Shown here one piece after another: positions 24,676 through 32,117 of a DNA stretch of 64,000 nt. Position 1 is the stretch's first letter. The number at the start of each line of letters is the position of its first letter. The position numbers and the translations under genes are program-made. The DNA lies in sequence record LR756500.1; one strand, 5' to 3'. Under the pieces are notes generated by a model. That model ran no database searches. It saw only the letters and a program-made list of their open reading frames with translations, and was not told the origin of the DNA.

Positions 24676-24894
24676 TTAAAAATAGTCATGACTATCTATA
24701 AATAACTCCTTATATGTTTCATCAGTAAAAGAAAATCCTCTACCATCAACCGTCATTTCTACAACTTGCATCACTTTTAAGTAATTAATTATTGTGTCAA
24801 GTTCGTCTTCTAATTCTTTACCTATTTTAAACATACTCATAGCTGCCATTATCTCACCAAGTCTTTCAATATTTTCTTTTACTTTCTCATCCAT
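24676..24894 (-). CDS. cassette 3 ORF, hypothetical
   Basis: Flanked by GTTATAGATA and TATCTATAAC, 10/10. Confidence 0.7.
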   Translation of the reverse strand: MDEKVKENIERLGEIMAAMSMFKIGKELEDELDTIINYLKVMQVVEMTVDGRGFSFTDETYKELFIDSHDYF

Positions 24895-24922
24895 ATTAAT
24901 TAGTATTTTTAATTTTACATAT

Positions 24923-25007
24923 CTATAACAACAAATATAAGAAATAAATCTTACTTTGTCTATTTTTTAATGAAAAGATTTACTTCTCATATTTGCAACC
25001 GTTAGGC
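24923..25007 (+). repeat. attC-like site C3
   Basis: CTATAAC-aa-CAAATAT..AAATCTT..AAGATTT..ATATTTG-caacc-GTTAGGC. Confidence 0.85.
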
Positions 25008-25011
25008 ATAA

Positions 25012-25203
25012 TTATACTCTACCACTAAGGTAGTATTCTATTTCACTCTTACTAAAATCATCGGGCTTGTTTTTATAGTACTCCCTTAATTTTCCTTCGT
25101 GAACACCTTGTTCAAATGCCCATTTCATATCATCTAATGAATAACTACGCCTAACAAAGTATAAACGTAATGTTTTCAGTTTTTCAATCAATCTTTTTAT
25201 CAT
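25012..25203 (-). CDS. cassette 4 ORF, hypothetical; start codon lies inside attC C4
   Basis: Cores GTTAGGCATA and TACGCCTAAC (9/10); peptide LRLYFVRRS is encoded by the attC arm. Confidence 0.7.
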   Translation of the reverse strand: MIKRLIEKLKTLRLYFVRRSYSLDDMKWAFEQGVHEGKLREYYKNKPDDFSKSEIEYYLSGRV

Positions 25204-25268
25204 ATTATTAAATTTTGTATTTCAAATTAAGTTCAGTTAAACACTACGTTTATACTCAACTGTTATGG
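25149..25268 (+). repeat. attC-like site C4
   Basis: GCCTAAC-aa-AGTATAAACG...CGTTTATACT-caact-GTTATGG. Confidence 0.8.
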
Positions 25269-25269
25269 T

Positions 25270-25443
25270 TCATGCTAATCGCACAATTTGACGTTCATCT
25301 ACTTGTGAAAAACAATTTTCATTATATGGTTGTCCATCGTACCAAAATGAACTACAGTCCCATCTCGCAACATTCCATCCTTCGTAACTAAAATTATTAG
25401 GGCTAAATAAGTATACCCAATAGTAACCTTCTTTTCTTTCCAT
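25270..25443 (-). CDS. cassette 5 ORF, 57 aa (MERKEGYYWV...)
   Basis: Flanked by GTTATGGTT and AACCATAAC, 9/9; more plausible than track ORF 25299-25586. Confidence 0.65.
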   Translation of the reverse strand: MERKEGYYWVYLFSPNNFSYEGWNVARWDCSSFWYDGQPYNENCFSQVDERQIVRLA

Positions 25444-25489
25444 TTTATTTTTATTTTAAGTTTAACAATCTGATTAATAAAGCACGAAA

Positions 25490-25582
25490 CCATAACATTT
25501 GCTATATGTAACACGGCTGAAAAGTCCGTACTATTTTGAGAATGTCTGCTATGCCGTGCTACACATATCATTTTCGTTATGA
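25490..25582 (+). repeat. attC-like site C5
   Basis: CCATAAC..TATATG..CACGGC...GCCGTG..CATAT..GTTATGA. Confidence 0.8.
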
Positions 25583-25768
25583 ACAATGCTTAACGTCTGC
25601 CAACGCTATGTCATGTCCACATTTTTTACATTTACCAACCATAATTAAGTGGTCGAAAGCATTGTTCATAACACCAAATAAATGAAATTTCTCTATTTCA
25701 TCTATTGTCGGTAGTGCTTTTATTGTTACTTCTATACCACTTGGCAATTTTACTTTCATATTTTTCAT
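25577..25768 (-). CDS. cassette 6 ORF, hypothetical with CxxC; stop codon lies in the core site
   Basis: GTTATGAACA (25576) and TGTTCATAAC (25663), 10/10. Confidence 0.6.
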   Translation of the reverse strand: MKNMKVKLPSGIEVTIKALPTIDEIEKFHLFGVMNNAFDHLIMVGKCKKCGHDIALADVKHCS

Positions 25769-25922
25769 AGTCTATACCCATAGAACAAACCTTTCGCTTC
25801 GCAACACTAACATCAGATATATTCAATTTTTTATTTGTATTATCCAAAGTTTCTTCTAAAATTTTACTCTTTTCCATTTTATTAAATTTTGTGTTAGAAC
25901 TACGTATATGTAATCATTATAG
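25666..25922 (+). repeat. compound or degenerate attC-like site C6 (two AAC half-sites; GTT core mutated to ATT)
   Basis: TCATAAC at 25666, CACTAAC at 25805, ATTATAG at 25916 after the usual -taatc- spacer. Confidence 0.55.
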
Positions 25923-25926
25923 CCAA

Positions 25927-26277
25927 TTAAAGCACTGAATCATAATTGCTGCCTCTATCATCATAATCCCATTTAGAATCAAGCTCATAATATTCTTTTT
26001 TTGATTGTTGGTATTCGATTCCTTTTTGCAATTCTTTAATTTGAGAATTAAGTTTATCTATTTTATTTTGCCTTTGCTCTGAAATGTATTTTTGTGCATC
26101 ATTAACTGTTTTGAAAAATTTGTCGGAAGTCATAGATAAGCATATTCTCCAATTATACTCCGTACCAGCACTACGCAAAGACCTGACAAATGCGTAACTA
26201 TCGGTTAATTTGACGCAATCTCTTTCCCATATTCTAACTAAATCATCCTTTACAATATAAACTTTAAAAAACTCCAT
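25927..26277 (-). CDS. cassette ORF, hypothetical
   Basis: Between C6 and C7; cores ATTATAGCC and GACTATAAC (7/9). Confidence 0.7.
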   Translation of the reverse strand: MEFFKVYIVKDDLVRIWERDCVKLTDSYAFVRSLRSAGTEYNWRICLSMTSDKFFKTVNDAQKYISEQRQNKIDKLNSQIKELQKGIEYQQSKKEYYELDSKWDYDDRGSNYDSVL

Positions 26278-26295
26278 ATCTATAAAATTAACTGA

Positions 26296-26425
26296 CTATA
26301 ACCCGTGGTATGGTTAGTTGCCGTGTTAGTACTAAATTTAAGCGTTACTACCCGCTTGTAATTTTCTGTAATTTGATAGGAAAGTAGCCCGCAATCGGCA
26401 ACTAACCATACAACCAACGTTATGA
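26296..26425 (+). repeat. attC-like site C7
   Basis: CTATAAC..GTATGGTTAGTTGCCG...CGGCAACTAACCATAC..GTTATGA (16-bp perfect arm). Confidence 0.9.
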
Positions 26426-26431
26426 TTAATT

Positions 26432-26611
26432 TTACTCAACCACTTCAAAGTCACCAACATTAATTGGGTGATATACACCCAACCCCTGACATATTGTAAA
26501 TGTTCCATCTTCATTAAATCCTTGATATGGCTCATCCTCTTCAAATATATCACCACTTTTAAATGTTGTCATATACCCCTCATAATCTTTTAGTAATTTA
26601 ATTTTTTTCAT
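26432..26611 (-). CDS. cassette ORF, 59 aa (MKKIKLLKDYEG...)
   Basis: Cores GTTATGATTA and TAACCATAAC (9/10); more plausible than track ORF 26338-26556. Confidence 0.65.
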   Translation of the reverse strand: MKKIKLLKDYEGYMTTFKSGDIFEEDEPYQGFNEDGTFTICQGLGVYHPINVGDFEVVE

Positions 26612-26637
26612 ATTTTAATATTTAAGTAAAAAACTAA

Positions 26638-26731
26638 CCATAACAAGGTGTATAAAACATAACCTAATTACAAATTTTAAATTAACCACGGAACTATAAT
26701 AGGTTATGTTTCATACACCTAACCGTTAGCG
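26638..26731 (+). repeat. attC-like site C8
   Basis: CCATAAC-a-AGGTGTATAAAACATAACCTA...TAGGTTATGTTTCATACACCT-aacc-GTTAGCG. Confidence 0.9.
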
Positions 26732-26948
26732 GTAATTTAATAACAGTATTTTGAGCATCTTCATAGCTTTCAAATATCTTATTACATCTTGGACAAGAAC
26801 AACAACCGTCAACAACGGGTATAGCAAATAATTTTACTAAGTCAAATCGTAATTTTCCACATATTTCTCCTGTCATTTTTATATAATCAAGATTATCGTT
26901 ATCAATTTTTACATCACTTAATAATAAGTGTACTTCTTGTTCTGTCAT
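26694..26948 (-). CDS. cassette ORF, hypothetical; starts inside C9 and reads through into C8
   Basis: LFAIPVVDG is encoded by the attC arm; cores GTTAGCGGT and ACCGTCAAC (7/9). Confidence 0.55.
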   Translation of the reverse strand: MTEQEVHLLLSDVKIDNDNLDYIKMTGEICGKLRFDLVKLFAIPVVDGCCSCPRCNKIFESYEDAQNTVIKLPLTVRCMKHNLL

Positions 26949-27011
26949 ATTTATAAATTTATTAGTTATTACTATTAATTCCGAACTGAGTATATCTGAG
27001 TGTCGTTATAT
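26807..27011 (+). repeat. long degenerate attC-like site C9
   Basis: CGTCAAC..GGGTATAGC ... GTATATCTG..GTTATAT. Confidence 0.5.
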
Positions 27012-27021
27012 GCAATAAAAA

Positions 27022-27156
27022 TTATTTTTTGGATATTTTATATAACATTATAAATCCTATTAAAAAGTGATGGATGTTGTACAATTTGCCATTTCTATCA
27101 ACTTCGCTACAAAAATATCCAAATCCTATTACAAATGGCAAAATCTTTATATTCAT
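27022..27156 (-). CDS. cassette ORF, 44 aa
   Basis: Small ORF between C9 and C10. Confidence 0.45.
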   Translation of the reverse strand: MNIKILPFVIGFGYFCSEVDRNGKLYNIHHFLIGFIMLYKISKK

Positions 27157-27168
27157 AATTTTTACAGT

Positions 27169-27298
27169 TTATAACAACAAATATAAGCAATTATTTTCAT
27201 TACTTCCAAAATAAATGTTGTTTGTTAATATTAATTTTGTTCTTTTAATTAAGTTTCTACTAATTTTACTCAAATGTATATACCTGCAGACGTTAGCT
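27169..27298 (+). repeat. attC-like site C10
   Basis: TTATAAC-aa-CAAATATAAG ... TATATACCTGCAGAC-GTTAGCT. Confidence 0.7.
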
Positions 27299-27303
27299 GC
27301 CAT

Positions 27304-27495
27304 TTAAGGAAGCTCTGTAATAACATAGTTAATAGCCATGTTTATTTCTGTTTCAATTTTAAATCTATACCCATTAAGCTCATAAACATTTTCATCTTTC
27401 ATTTTTTCTAAACTAAACTTTTGCAATAGTTCATAAATCTGCGAAAGTGTAAGATTATTCACGTTGGCTTTTATGTTTAAGTTTATTGTCATCAT
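27304..27495 (-). CDS. cassette ORF, hypothetical
   Basis: Cores GTTAGCTGCC and GGTAGCTAAC (9/10). Confidence 0.65.
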   Translation of the reverse strand: MMTINLNIKANVNNLTLSQIYELLQKFSLEKMKDENVYELNGYRFKIETEINMAINYVITELP

Positions 27496-27508
27496 AATAA
27501 AAAATGGT

Positions 27509-27594
27509 AGCTAACATGATATATAAGCCATACAATGTTAAGGTTTATACTAATTTGATAGTGTCGGGTATGACTTATATACCCATTGTTAGAG
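27509..27594 (+). repeat. attC-like site C11
   Basis: AGCTAAC..TATATAAGCCATAC...GTATGACTTATATA..GTTAGAG. Confidence 0.85.
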
Positions 27595-27598
27595 TGCA

Positions 27599-27793
27599 TT
27601 ATCTAAACACTCCTAAAAAATCTTTTAAGCAACTTTCGTTACATACGTAAAATATTTTATTTCCCTTAAAATAACATTCTGGCACTTTCATTGCTTTATG
27701 CTTTTTAATTTGTTTTTTACAACTTTCACAATTAACGCACTCTAACAAAGTATTAGCGTTATTGCCTTTCTTGCTTTCTGATAAGTTTTCCAC
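27599..27793 (-). CDS. cassette ORF, CxxC hypothetical; start lies inside C12
   Basis: Cores GTTAGAGTGC and GCACTCTAAC, 10/10; GNNANTLLEC is encoded by the attC arm. Confidence 0.7.
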   Translation of the reverse strand: MENLSESKKGNNANTLLECVNCESCKKQIKKHKAMKVPECYFKGNKIFYVCNESCLKDFLGVFR

Positions 27794-27860
27794 ATTTTAT
27801 ATTTTAATGTTGTTAATAATTGTTTGTGATTGCGTTAACTCCAATACTCGACCATTAGGT
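27740..27860 (+). repeat. attC-like site C12 (GTT mutated to ATT)
   Basis: CTCTAAC-aa-AGTATT ... AATACT-cgacc-ATTAGGT. Confidence 0.65.
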
Positions 27861-28049
27861 TCAATCATTAATTTGTTTTGAATCTTCTATCATATTTTTG
27901 ATTCGTTCTTTGAATCTATGTTCGTATTCCTTATCAACTTCACCCAAGTCAGTTGTTTCAAGATATTTTTTAGGTAATCCTTTACCCATAGTTTCCTTGA
28001 GTTTATTTTGAAAATACTCAAGTTCTTCGTTTGTGTTTTTATTTTCCAT
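27861..28049 (-). CDS. cassette ORF, hypothetical
   Basis: Cores ATTAGGTT and AACCTAAC (7/8). Confidence 0.6.
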   Translation of the reverse strand: MENKNTNEELEYFQNKLKETMGKGLPKKYLETTDLGEVDKEYEHRFKERIKNMIEDSKQIND

Positions 28050-28091
28050 ATTTTATATTTTTTTACAAAGGTAAAACAAATTAATGACAAA

Positions 28092-28145
28092 ACCTAACAA
28101 ATGATAAACAACATTAAAACATTCGTTTATCTGCAACCGTTATAA
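28092..28145 (+). repeat. short attC-like site C13 (54 bp)
   Basis: ACCTAAC-aaat-GATAAAC...GTTTATC-tgcaacc-GTTATAA. Confidence 0.8.
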
Positions 28146-28155
28146 AACAGTTTGC

Positions 28156-28302
28156 TTAAAAAAGTTTTCCACATTTTATACATCTAACCAAATAAGCACC
28201 AACCTCAAACTTTTCAAATTCGTGTTTGCAAACAGATTTTATAACAGGTATATCCAATTGCTTTTTTTGTTTTCTAAATAAACATTTTCACAATTTTTTC
28301 AT
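28156..28302 (-). pseudogene. cassette ORF with TGA at codon 5 (MKKL*KCLFRKQKKQLDIPVIKSVCKH...)
   Basis: Cores GTTATAAAA and TTTTATAAC, 9/9; starts inside C14. Confidence 0.5.
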
Positions 28303-28362
28303 CTTGTATTTCAATTTAATTTTTACTAATTTTACGCAACTATATACCTGCAGCCTTTATAG
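28239..28362 (+). repeat. attC-like site C14 (GTT mutated to TTT)
   Basis: TTATAAC-a-GGTATAT..TTGC...GCAA..ATATACC-tgcagcc-TTTATAG. Confidence 0.65.
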
Positions 28363-28563
28363 TGCATTAAGGAAGTCCTCAGCATCCTTCACACTAAAGC
28401 ATTTTGTGAATTTACCTGTATTTTCATTCAACACTATTACAAAATCAACTGCTCCGTAATTAAATGCCAATTTAGTTGCTTCAATATCAAACACACATAA
28501 AGCATTATACTTTGGTATTACGGGTTGACAATCTGAATATTTTTTATCTAAAATTCTTAACAT
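28357..28563 (-). CDS. cassette ORF, hypothetical
   Basis: Cores TTTATAGT and ACTATAAC (7/8). Confidence 0.6.
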   Translation of the reverse strand: MLRILDKKYSDCQPVIPKYNALCVFDIEATKLAFNYGAVDFVIVLNENTGKFTKCFSVKDAEDFLNAL

Positions 28564-28582
28564 AGTTTTAAGTATTAACTTA

Positions 28583-28677
28583 CTATAACAATGTGTATAT
28601 GTAATGCAGCCAATAAGTTAATTGTAAATTGAAAGTATATGCAAGACAAACCGACATCATACCGCCAGCCATTATAG
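28583..28677 (+). repeat. attC-like site C15 (GTT mutated to ATT)
   Basis: CTATAAC..TGTATATGTAATG ... CATCATAC..cagcc-ATTATAG. Confidence 0.6.
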
Positions 28678-28681
28678 CCAA

Positions 28682-28840
28682 TTAAAAAGTAACACCATTA
28701 TCATATCCAACCTCTATTGATATATTTTCAATTTCAGTATTTAATATTTGTGCTATCTTTTCTTTTAGTTCGATTATCTTGGTTACATCAATCATTACAT
28801 CTTTGTAAACAGAAATTGAAATTAGTTCTTTTTCATTCAT
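28682..28840 (-). CDS. cassette ORF, 52 aa
   Basis: Small ORF between C15 and C16. Confidence 0.5.
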   Translation of the reverse strand: MNEKELISISVYKDVMIDVTKIIELKEKIAQILNTEIENISIEVGYDNGVTF

Positions 28841-28848
28841 ATTATCTA

Positions 28849-28880
28849 AGCAAACATTCTCATATACTTAACCATTATAG
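28849..28880 (+). repeat. collapsed attC remnant C16
   Basis: CATATACTT-aacc-ATTATAG retains only the right arm and a mutated core. Confidence 0.4.
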
Positions 28881-28889
28881 ATAATGAAA

Positions 28890-29180
28890 TTAAATATCCT
28901 TAAAAAGTCTTCTTGGTGCTACTAATCTTCTACCATCATCACATTTAATAATATATTCACCATCAGGTTCTATAACAGTATCTAAAACATTATAAATATT
29001 ACCAACTGTTATTGGAAAATTTGGGTTTGGATTTTCCGTACATAGAACTTGTTTAAGCATAAACTTATTATTAAATGTTCCATAAATATCTGAATTAACT
29101 ATTTTAATTTCACTATCTATAGCATCAGATATATGTAATTTTTCATCTTTTTTCATAATACTATTTTTATTAGTTAACAA
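28890..29180 (-). CDS. cassette ORF, hypothetical; starts inside C17
   Basis: Cores ATTATAGATA and TATCTATAGC (8/10); LHISDAIDS is encoded by the attC arm. Confidence 0.6.
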   Translation of the reverse strand: MLTNKNSIMKKDEKLHISDAIDSEIKIVNSDIYGTFNNKFMLKQVLCTENPNPNFPITVGNIYNVLDTVIEPDGEYIIKCDDGRRLVAPRRLFKDI

Positions 29181-29205
29181 AACAACTTAATACGCCTTGT
29201 TATGT
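29117..29205 (+). repeat. degenerate terminal attC-like site C17
   Basis: CTATAGC..GATATATGTAAT ... GTTATGT overlapping the 3' end of the MazG-like gene. Confidence 0.45.
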
Positions 29206-29600
29206 TTGTACGCCCTTGTTTGATTATAGAGCATTTTCAATTCGATATGCTTTTCAATATCAATGTTTCTTTGTCCTATAAAATCGAGCAATCTAATAAA
29301 TACGTCTGCAATTTCATCTTCAAAAGTATCCTTTACCTGAGTTCTGAAAATTTCCTCAAACTTTATCATATCGTTTTCTTTTGCTGCCAAATCTAAATCT
29401 TCTCGAATAGTTTTGCCGTCAATAATAAATTCAGCATCATCAATTTTGGCATATTGTCCTTTTCTATCAGCTTCCAAAGCCTCAGATAATTCAGAAACCA
29501 TAAGCATTAATAAAGTACCTGTTTCTCTTGGTTCGTCCCAAAAACCCTTTGCCTTTGCTCTTTCATGAAAATGTTTTGCTAATTCGTTTAAATTATTCAT
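29187..29600 (-). CDS. MazG-like nucleotide pyrophosphohydrolase
   Basis: LMVSELSEALEADRK and EDEIADVFIRLLD (ExxE...ExxD), C-terminal YKHNK. Confidence 0.85.
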   Translation of the reverse strand: MNNLNELAKHFHERAKAKGFWDEPRETGTLLMLMVSELSEALEADRKGQYAKIDDAEFIIDGKTIREDLDLAAKENDMIKFEEIFRTQVKDTFEDEIADVFIRLLDFIGQRNIDIEKHIELKMLYNQTRAYKHNKAY

Positions 29601-29622
29601 ATTATTTTATCTTTTAAGTTTT

Positions 29623-30039
29623 TTAAAAATTTATTACAGACAGATCTAAATAATATTGTGGATCTGCATAGTCTTGAATTTCAGAAACTAATCCATTAAA
29701 TTTCATTTTAAAATCTCTATTTATATTTATAAGGTAAACAATTCTTCCATGTGGTTTTATGGAATACCTATCTCCTTCGATATTTTCAACTGAGCGATTT
29801 TGCATTAAAACATATCCACCAATTGTTAATGCAATATCATCAATCATTTTTTCTTTATCCCCAATTTCTTCATGCCAAGGTATTGCAACTAAATCTAAAT
29901 CTCTATTCATTGAGCCATGCACAATAATATTATATCCATATTTTAAACCTATTTCTTTTATTATTTCAAAGTAAAATGAATATAAATTTGGTTTAGCATG
30001 AATTGGTTTAATGTCTGTTATAGGATTTGTTGTATTCAA
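29623..30039 (-). CDS. conserved phage hypothetical, nucleotidyltransferase-like
   Basis: VHGSMNRDLDLVAIPW resembles the GS-x-DxD motif. Confidence 0.5.
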   Translation of the reverse strand: MNTTNPITDIKPIHAKPNLYSFYFEIIKEIGLKYGYNIIVHGSMNRDLDLVAIPWHEEIGDKEKMIDDIALTIGGYVLMQNRSVENIEGDRYSIKPHGRIVYLININRDFKMKFNGLVSEIQDYADPQYYLDLSVINF

Positions 30040-30133
30040 ATATTTATTAAATAAAATTTTATTATTAAATTATATAACCAAAATTAATTATGTTTATAAT
30101 TTAATCAATTTTTATATTTTTAATTTTACATAC

Positions 30134-30167
30134 TTATAACAACTATTTTTACACTTAATCGTTAGTA
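30134..30167 (+). repeat. orphan collapsed attC-like remnant
   Basis: TTTTACATACTTATAAC (same context as C2) ... taatc-GTTAGTA. Confidence 0.45.
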
Positions 30168-30226
30168 ACAATATAAAAATAAAGTTTGTAGAATAACCGA
30201 TACAGACTCAATATTATTAAAAGAAT

Positions 30227-30658
30227 TTAAATAAAATCATATTTCATAATTATCTTATTATCGATTTCTTTAACAACAGTCCATCCCATTTTTAAATGAT
30301 ATTCTTTTGCAAAAACTGTATCTAAAAATATAGTTTTATATCCTAATAATTTTGCATATTCAAATCTTTTTTCAGTTAACATCAATCCATATCCATTACC
30401 TCTATATTCTGGTTCAACCCATAACAATAAATTCCAGGGAGATATAGTCCTATCTATTTCATTAATAGTATCAAATAATCCACAACCTATAGGTTTATCA
30501 TCTATTATCAATACATAACAAACTGAATCAGATTCATTATTTAAATACCTTCTAATCTCACTTAAACTATATTCATCATCAACTTGCCAACGTTCTTTCA
30601 TAATAGATGAAACATAATTAATATACATGTGAGTTAATTTTTCTATTTTAATTTCCAT
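30227..30658 (-). CDS. GNAT-family N-acetyltransferase
   Basis: LWVEPEYRGNGYG acetyl-CoA motif; YHLKMGW. Confidence 0.85.
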   Translation of the reverse strand: MEIKIEKLTHMYINYVSSIMKERWQVDDEYSLSEIRRYLNNESDSVCYVLIIDDKPIGCGLFDTINEIDRTISPWNLLLWVEPEYRGNGYGLMLTEKRFEYAKLLGYKTIFLDTVFAKEYHLKMGWTVVKEIDNKIIMKYDFI

Positions 30659-32079
30659 TCAAATTTATAATTGCCTGTTCCAAAACATCTATANNNNNNN
30701 NNNNNNNNNNNNNNNNNNNNNNNNNNNNNNNNNNNNNNNNNNNNNNNNNNNNNNNNNNNNNNNNNNNNNNNNNNNNNNNNNNNNNNNNNNNNNNNNNNNN
30801 NNNNNNNNNNNNNNNNNNNNNNNNNNNNNNNNNNNNNNNNNNNNNNNNNNNNNNNNNNNNNNNNNNNNNNNNNNNNNNNNNNNNNNNNNNNNNNNNNNNN
30901 NNNNNNNNNNNNNNNNNNNNNNNNNNNNNNNNNNNNNNNNNNNNNNNNNNNNNNGGCTCCACCAACAACCGAAGTATTTAATTTATTAGCAAACCGTAAA
31001 AGCTCCCATTCATTTTCTTTAGCAACTTGATTTAAATTTTTACGTAAGGATCCGAAGGTCATTAATGATACTAACTCACCTTCATAATATAAACCTAATT
31101 TAATAGCAGCATTAGTATTGCCCTGTAAATGGTTCCTATTTAAAAATTCTCTACTATCACCAGAATTAACGGTTTTAATTACACATTTTCTAGCATACAC
31201 TTTATCAGTAGATAAATTTAATAAATTCTTTATTCTTGATTTTACTATATCTCTTTTGTTATACCAAACATCTTCCCATATATGTATTAAATTAATTCCC
31301 AATTCTTTGCATCTATTACTTTTATCTATATGATATTCTTTAGGTTTATTAAATTCATTATGCCAATATACTCCATTATGTTCAAATGCTATATTTTTAT
31401 CTTCAATATAAATATCAAGTTCTCTATTTTTTAATTCTTTTTTAGAATTAATTCTAAATGGTTTTAAATAAATGTCTTTTATCCAATCTATTAATTCTAT
31501 TTCAGAATTACTTTTTCCGTGATTAGGATTACATTTTAAACATGGATTAATATTTATATTTATTCTTCTATATAATAATTGAGAATCTATTATTGATATA
31601 CTTTTACATTCAACACATTCTATTTTTATTTTTTGTTGATCATCCCATTCTATTATTTTAATTTTATCTTTTAATTTTTCTTTAGCAAAAGGAAAATAAT
31701 ATTTATCTTTAAAATAATTTGATTGTGTTATATGTTGTACTCCATATCTTTTTAGAACTGTTATTCTTGTTCTTTTTTCTTTTAAAACTATTGCACATTT
31801 TCTACTACAGCTAGAAGAATAACCAGGCATTATACCCATAAATTTAGATGAAGGTATTTTATTACCACATACTTCACATTTTGGAATTTCAGTTTTATCA
31901 TGTAATGCATGATAAAGTTTTTCTTTAAAAGACGTTAATTTTAGATTATTATTTATAGAATATTTTTCTATTTCTAATAATAGATTAGGATAATTATTTT
32001 TAAAAAATTCAATTCTAGTAGTACTAGATGTAAGTTTTCCGTTTTTTATTAATATTTTATTTAAATCATTTGATAACAT
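30643..32079 (-). CDS. Hef-like homing endonuclease (Zn ribbons, Vsr/PD-(D/E)xK-like nuclease, GNAT-like C-terminus); contains an N gap at 30694-30954
   Basis: ELDIYIEDKNIAFEHNGVYWH, LIHIWEDVW, ARKC..FLNRNHLQG, WELLRFA. Confidence 0.7.
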   Translation of the reverse strand: MLSNDLNKILIKNGKLTSSTTRIEFFKNNYPNLLLEIEKYSINNNLKLTSFKEKLYHALHDKTEIPKCEVCGNKIPSSKFMGIMPGYSSSCSRKCAIVLKEKRTRITVLKRYGVQHITQSNYFKDKYYFPFAKEKLKDKIKIIEWDDQQKIKIECVECKSISIIDSQLLYRRINININPCLKCNPNHGKSNSEIELIDWIKDIYLKPFRINSKKELKNRELDIYIEDKNIAFEHNGVYWHNEFNKPKEYHIDKSNRCKELGINLIHIWEDVWYNKRDIVKSRIKNLLNLSTDKVYARKCVIKTVNSGDSREFLNRNHLQGNTNAAIKLGLYYEGELVSLMTFGSLRKNLNQVAKENEWELLRFANKLNTSVVGGAXXXXXXXXXXXXXXXXXXXXXXXXXXXXXXXXXXXXXXXXXXXXXXXXXXXXXXXXXXXXXXXXXXXXXXXXXXXXXXXXXXXXXXXYRCFGTGNYKFEWKLK

Positions 32080-32117
32080 TTAATTATATGGTTAATTATT
32101 ATTATGTTTAATAAAAT

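Larger units (their letters stand above)
23815..29205 (+). mobile_element. integron-like gene cassette array 1 (about 17 cassettes, ORFs on the minus strand)
   Basis: 17 attC-like palindromes alternating with single small ORFs; GTT and AAC cores flanking each ORF are complementary. Confidence 0.85.

Noticed and set aside
25299-26556. Track ORFs 25299-25586 and 26338-26556
   Set aside because: They run across attC hairpins in a different frame; shorter ORFs 25270-25443 and 26432-26611 fit neatly between matched cores and have better composition.
7330-28290. Stop-codon reassignment (in-frame stops at 7330 TAA, 18834 TAG, 28288 TGA)
   Set aside because: The three interruptions use three different stop codons, each one base from the expected sense codon, and long genes are uninterrupted under code 11. 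Ordinary nonsense mutation or sequencing error fits better.
23815-29205. CRISPR array or toxin-antitoxin repeat interpretation of the recurring ATAAC/GTTA motifs
   Set aside because: The repeats are non-identical palindromes of variable length separated by whole ORFs (150-400 bp), not constant repeats with 30-40 bp spacers; no cas genes are present.
18949-30954. N runs at 18949-18973 and 30694-30954, and the X-filled ORFs 30648-30968 and 30671-31030
   Set aside because: Assembly or masking gaps; nothing can be inferred about their content.
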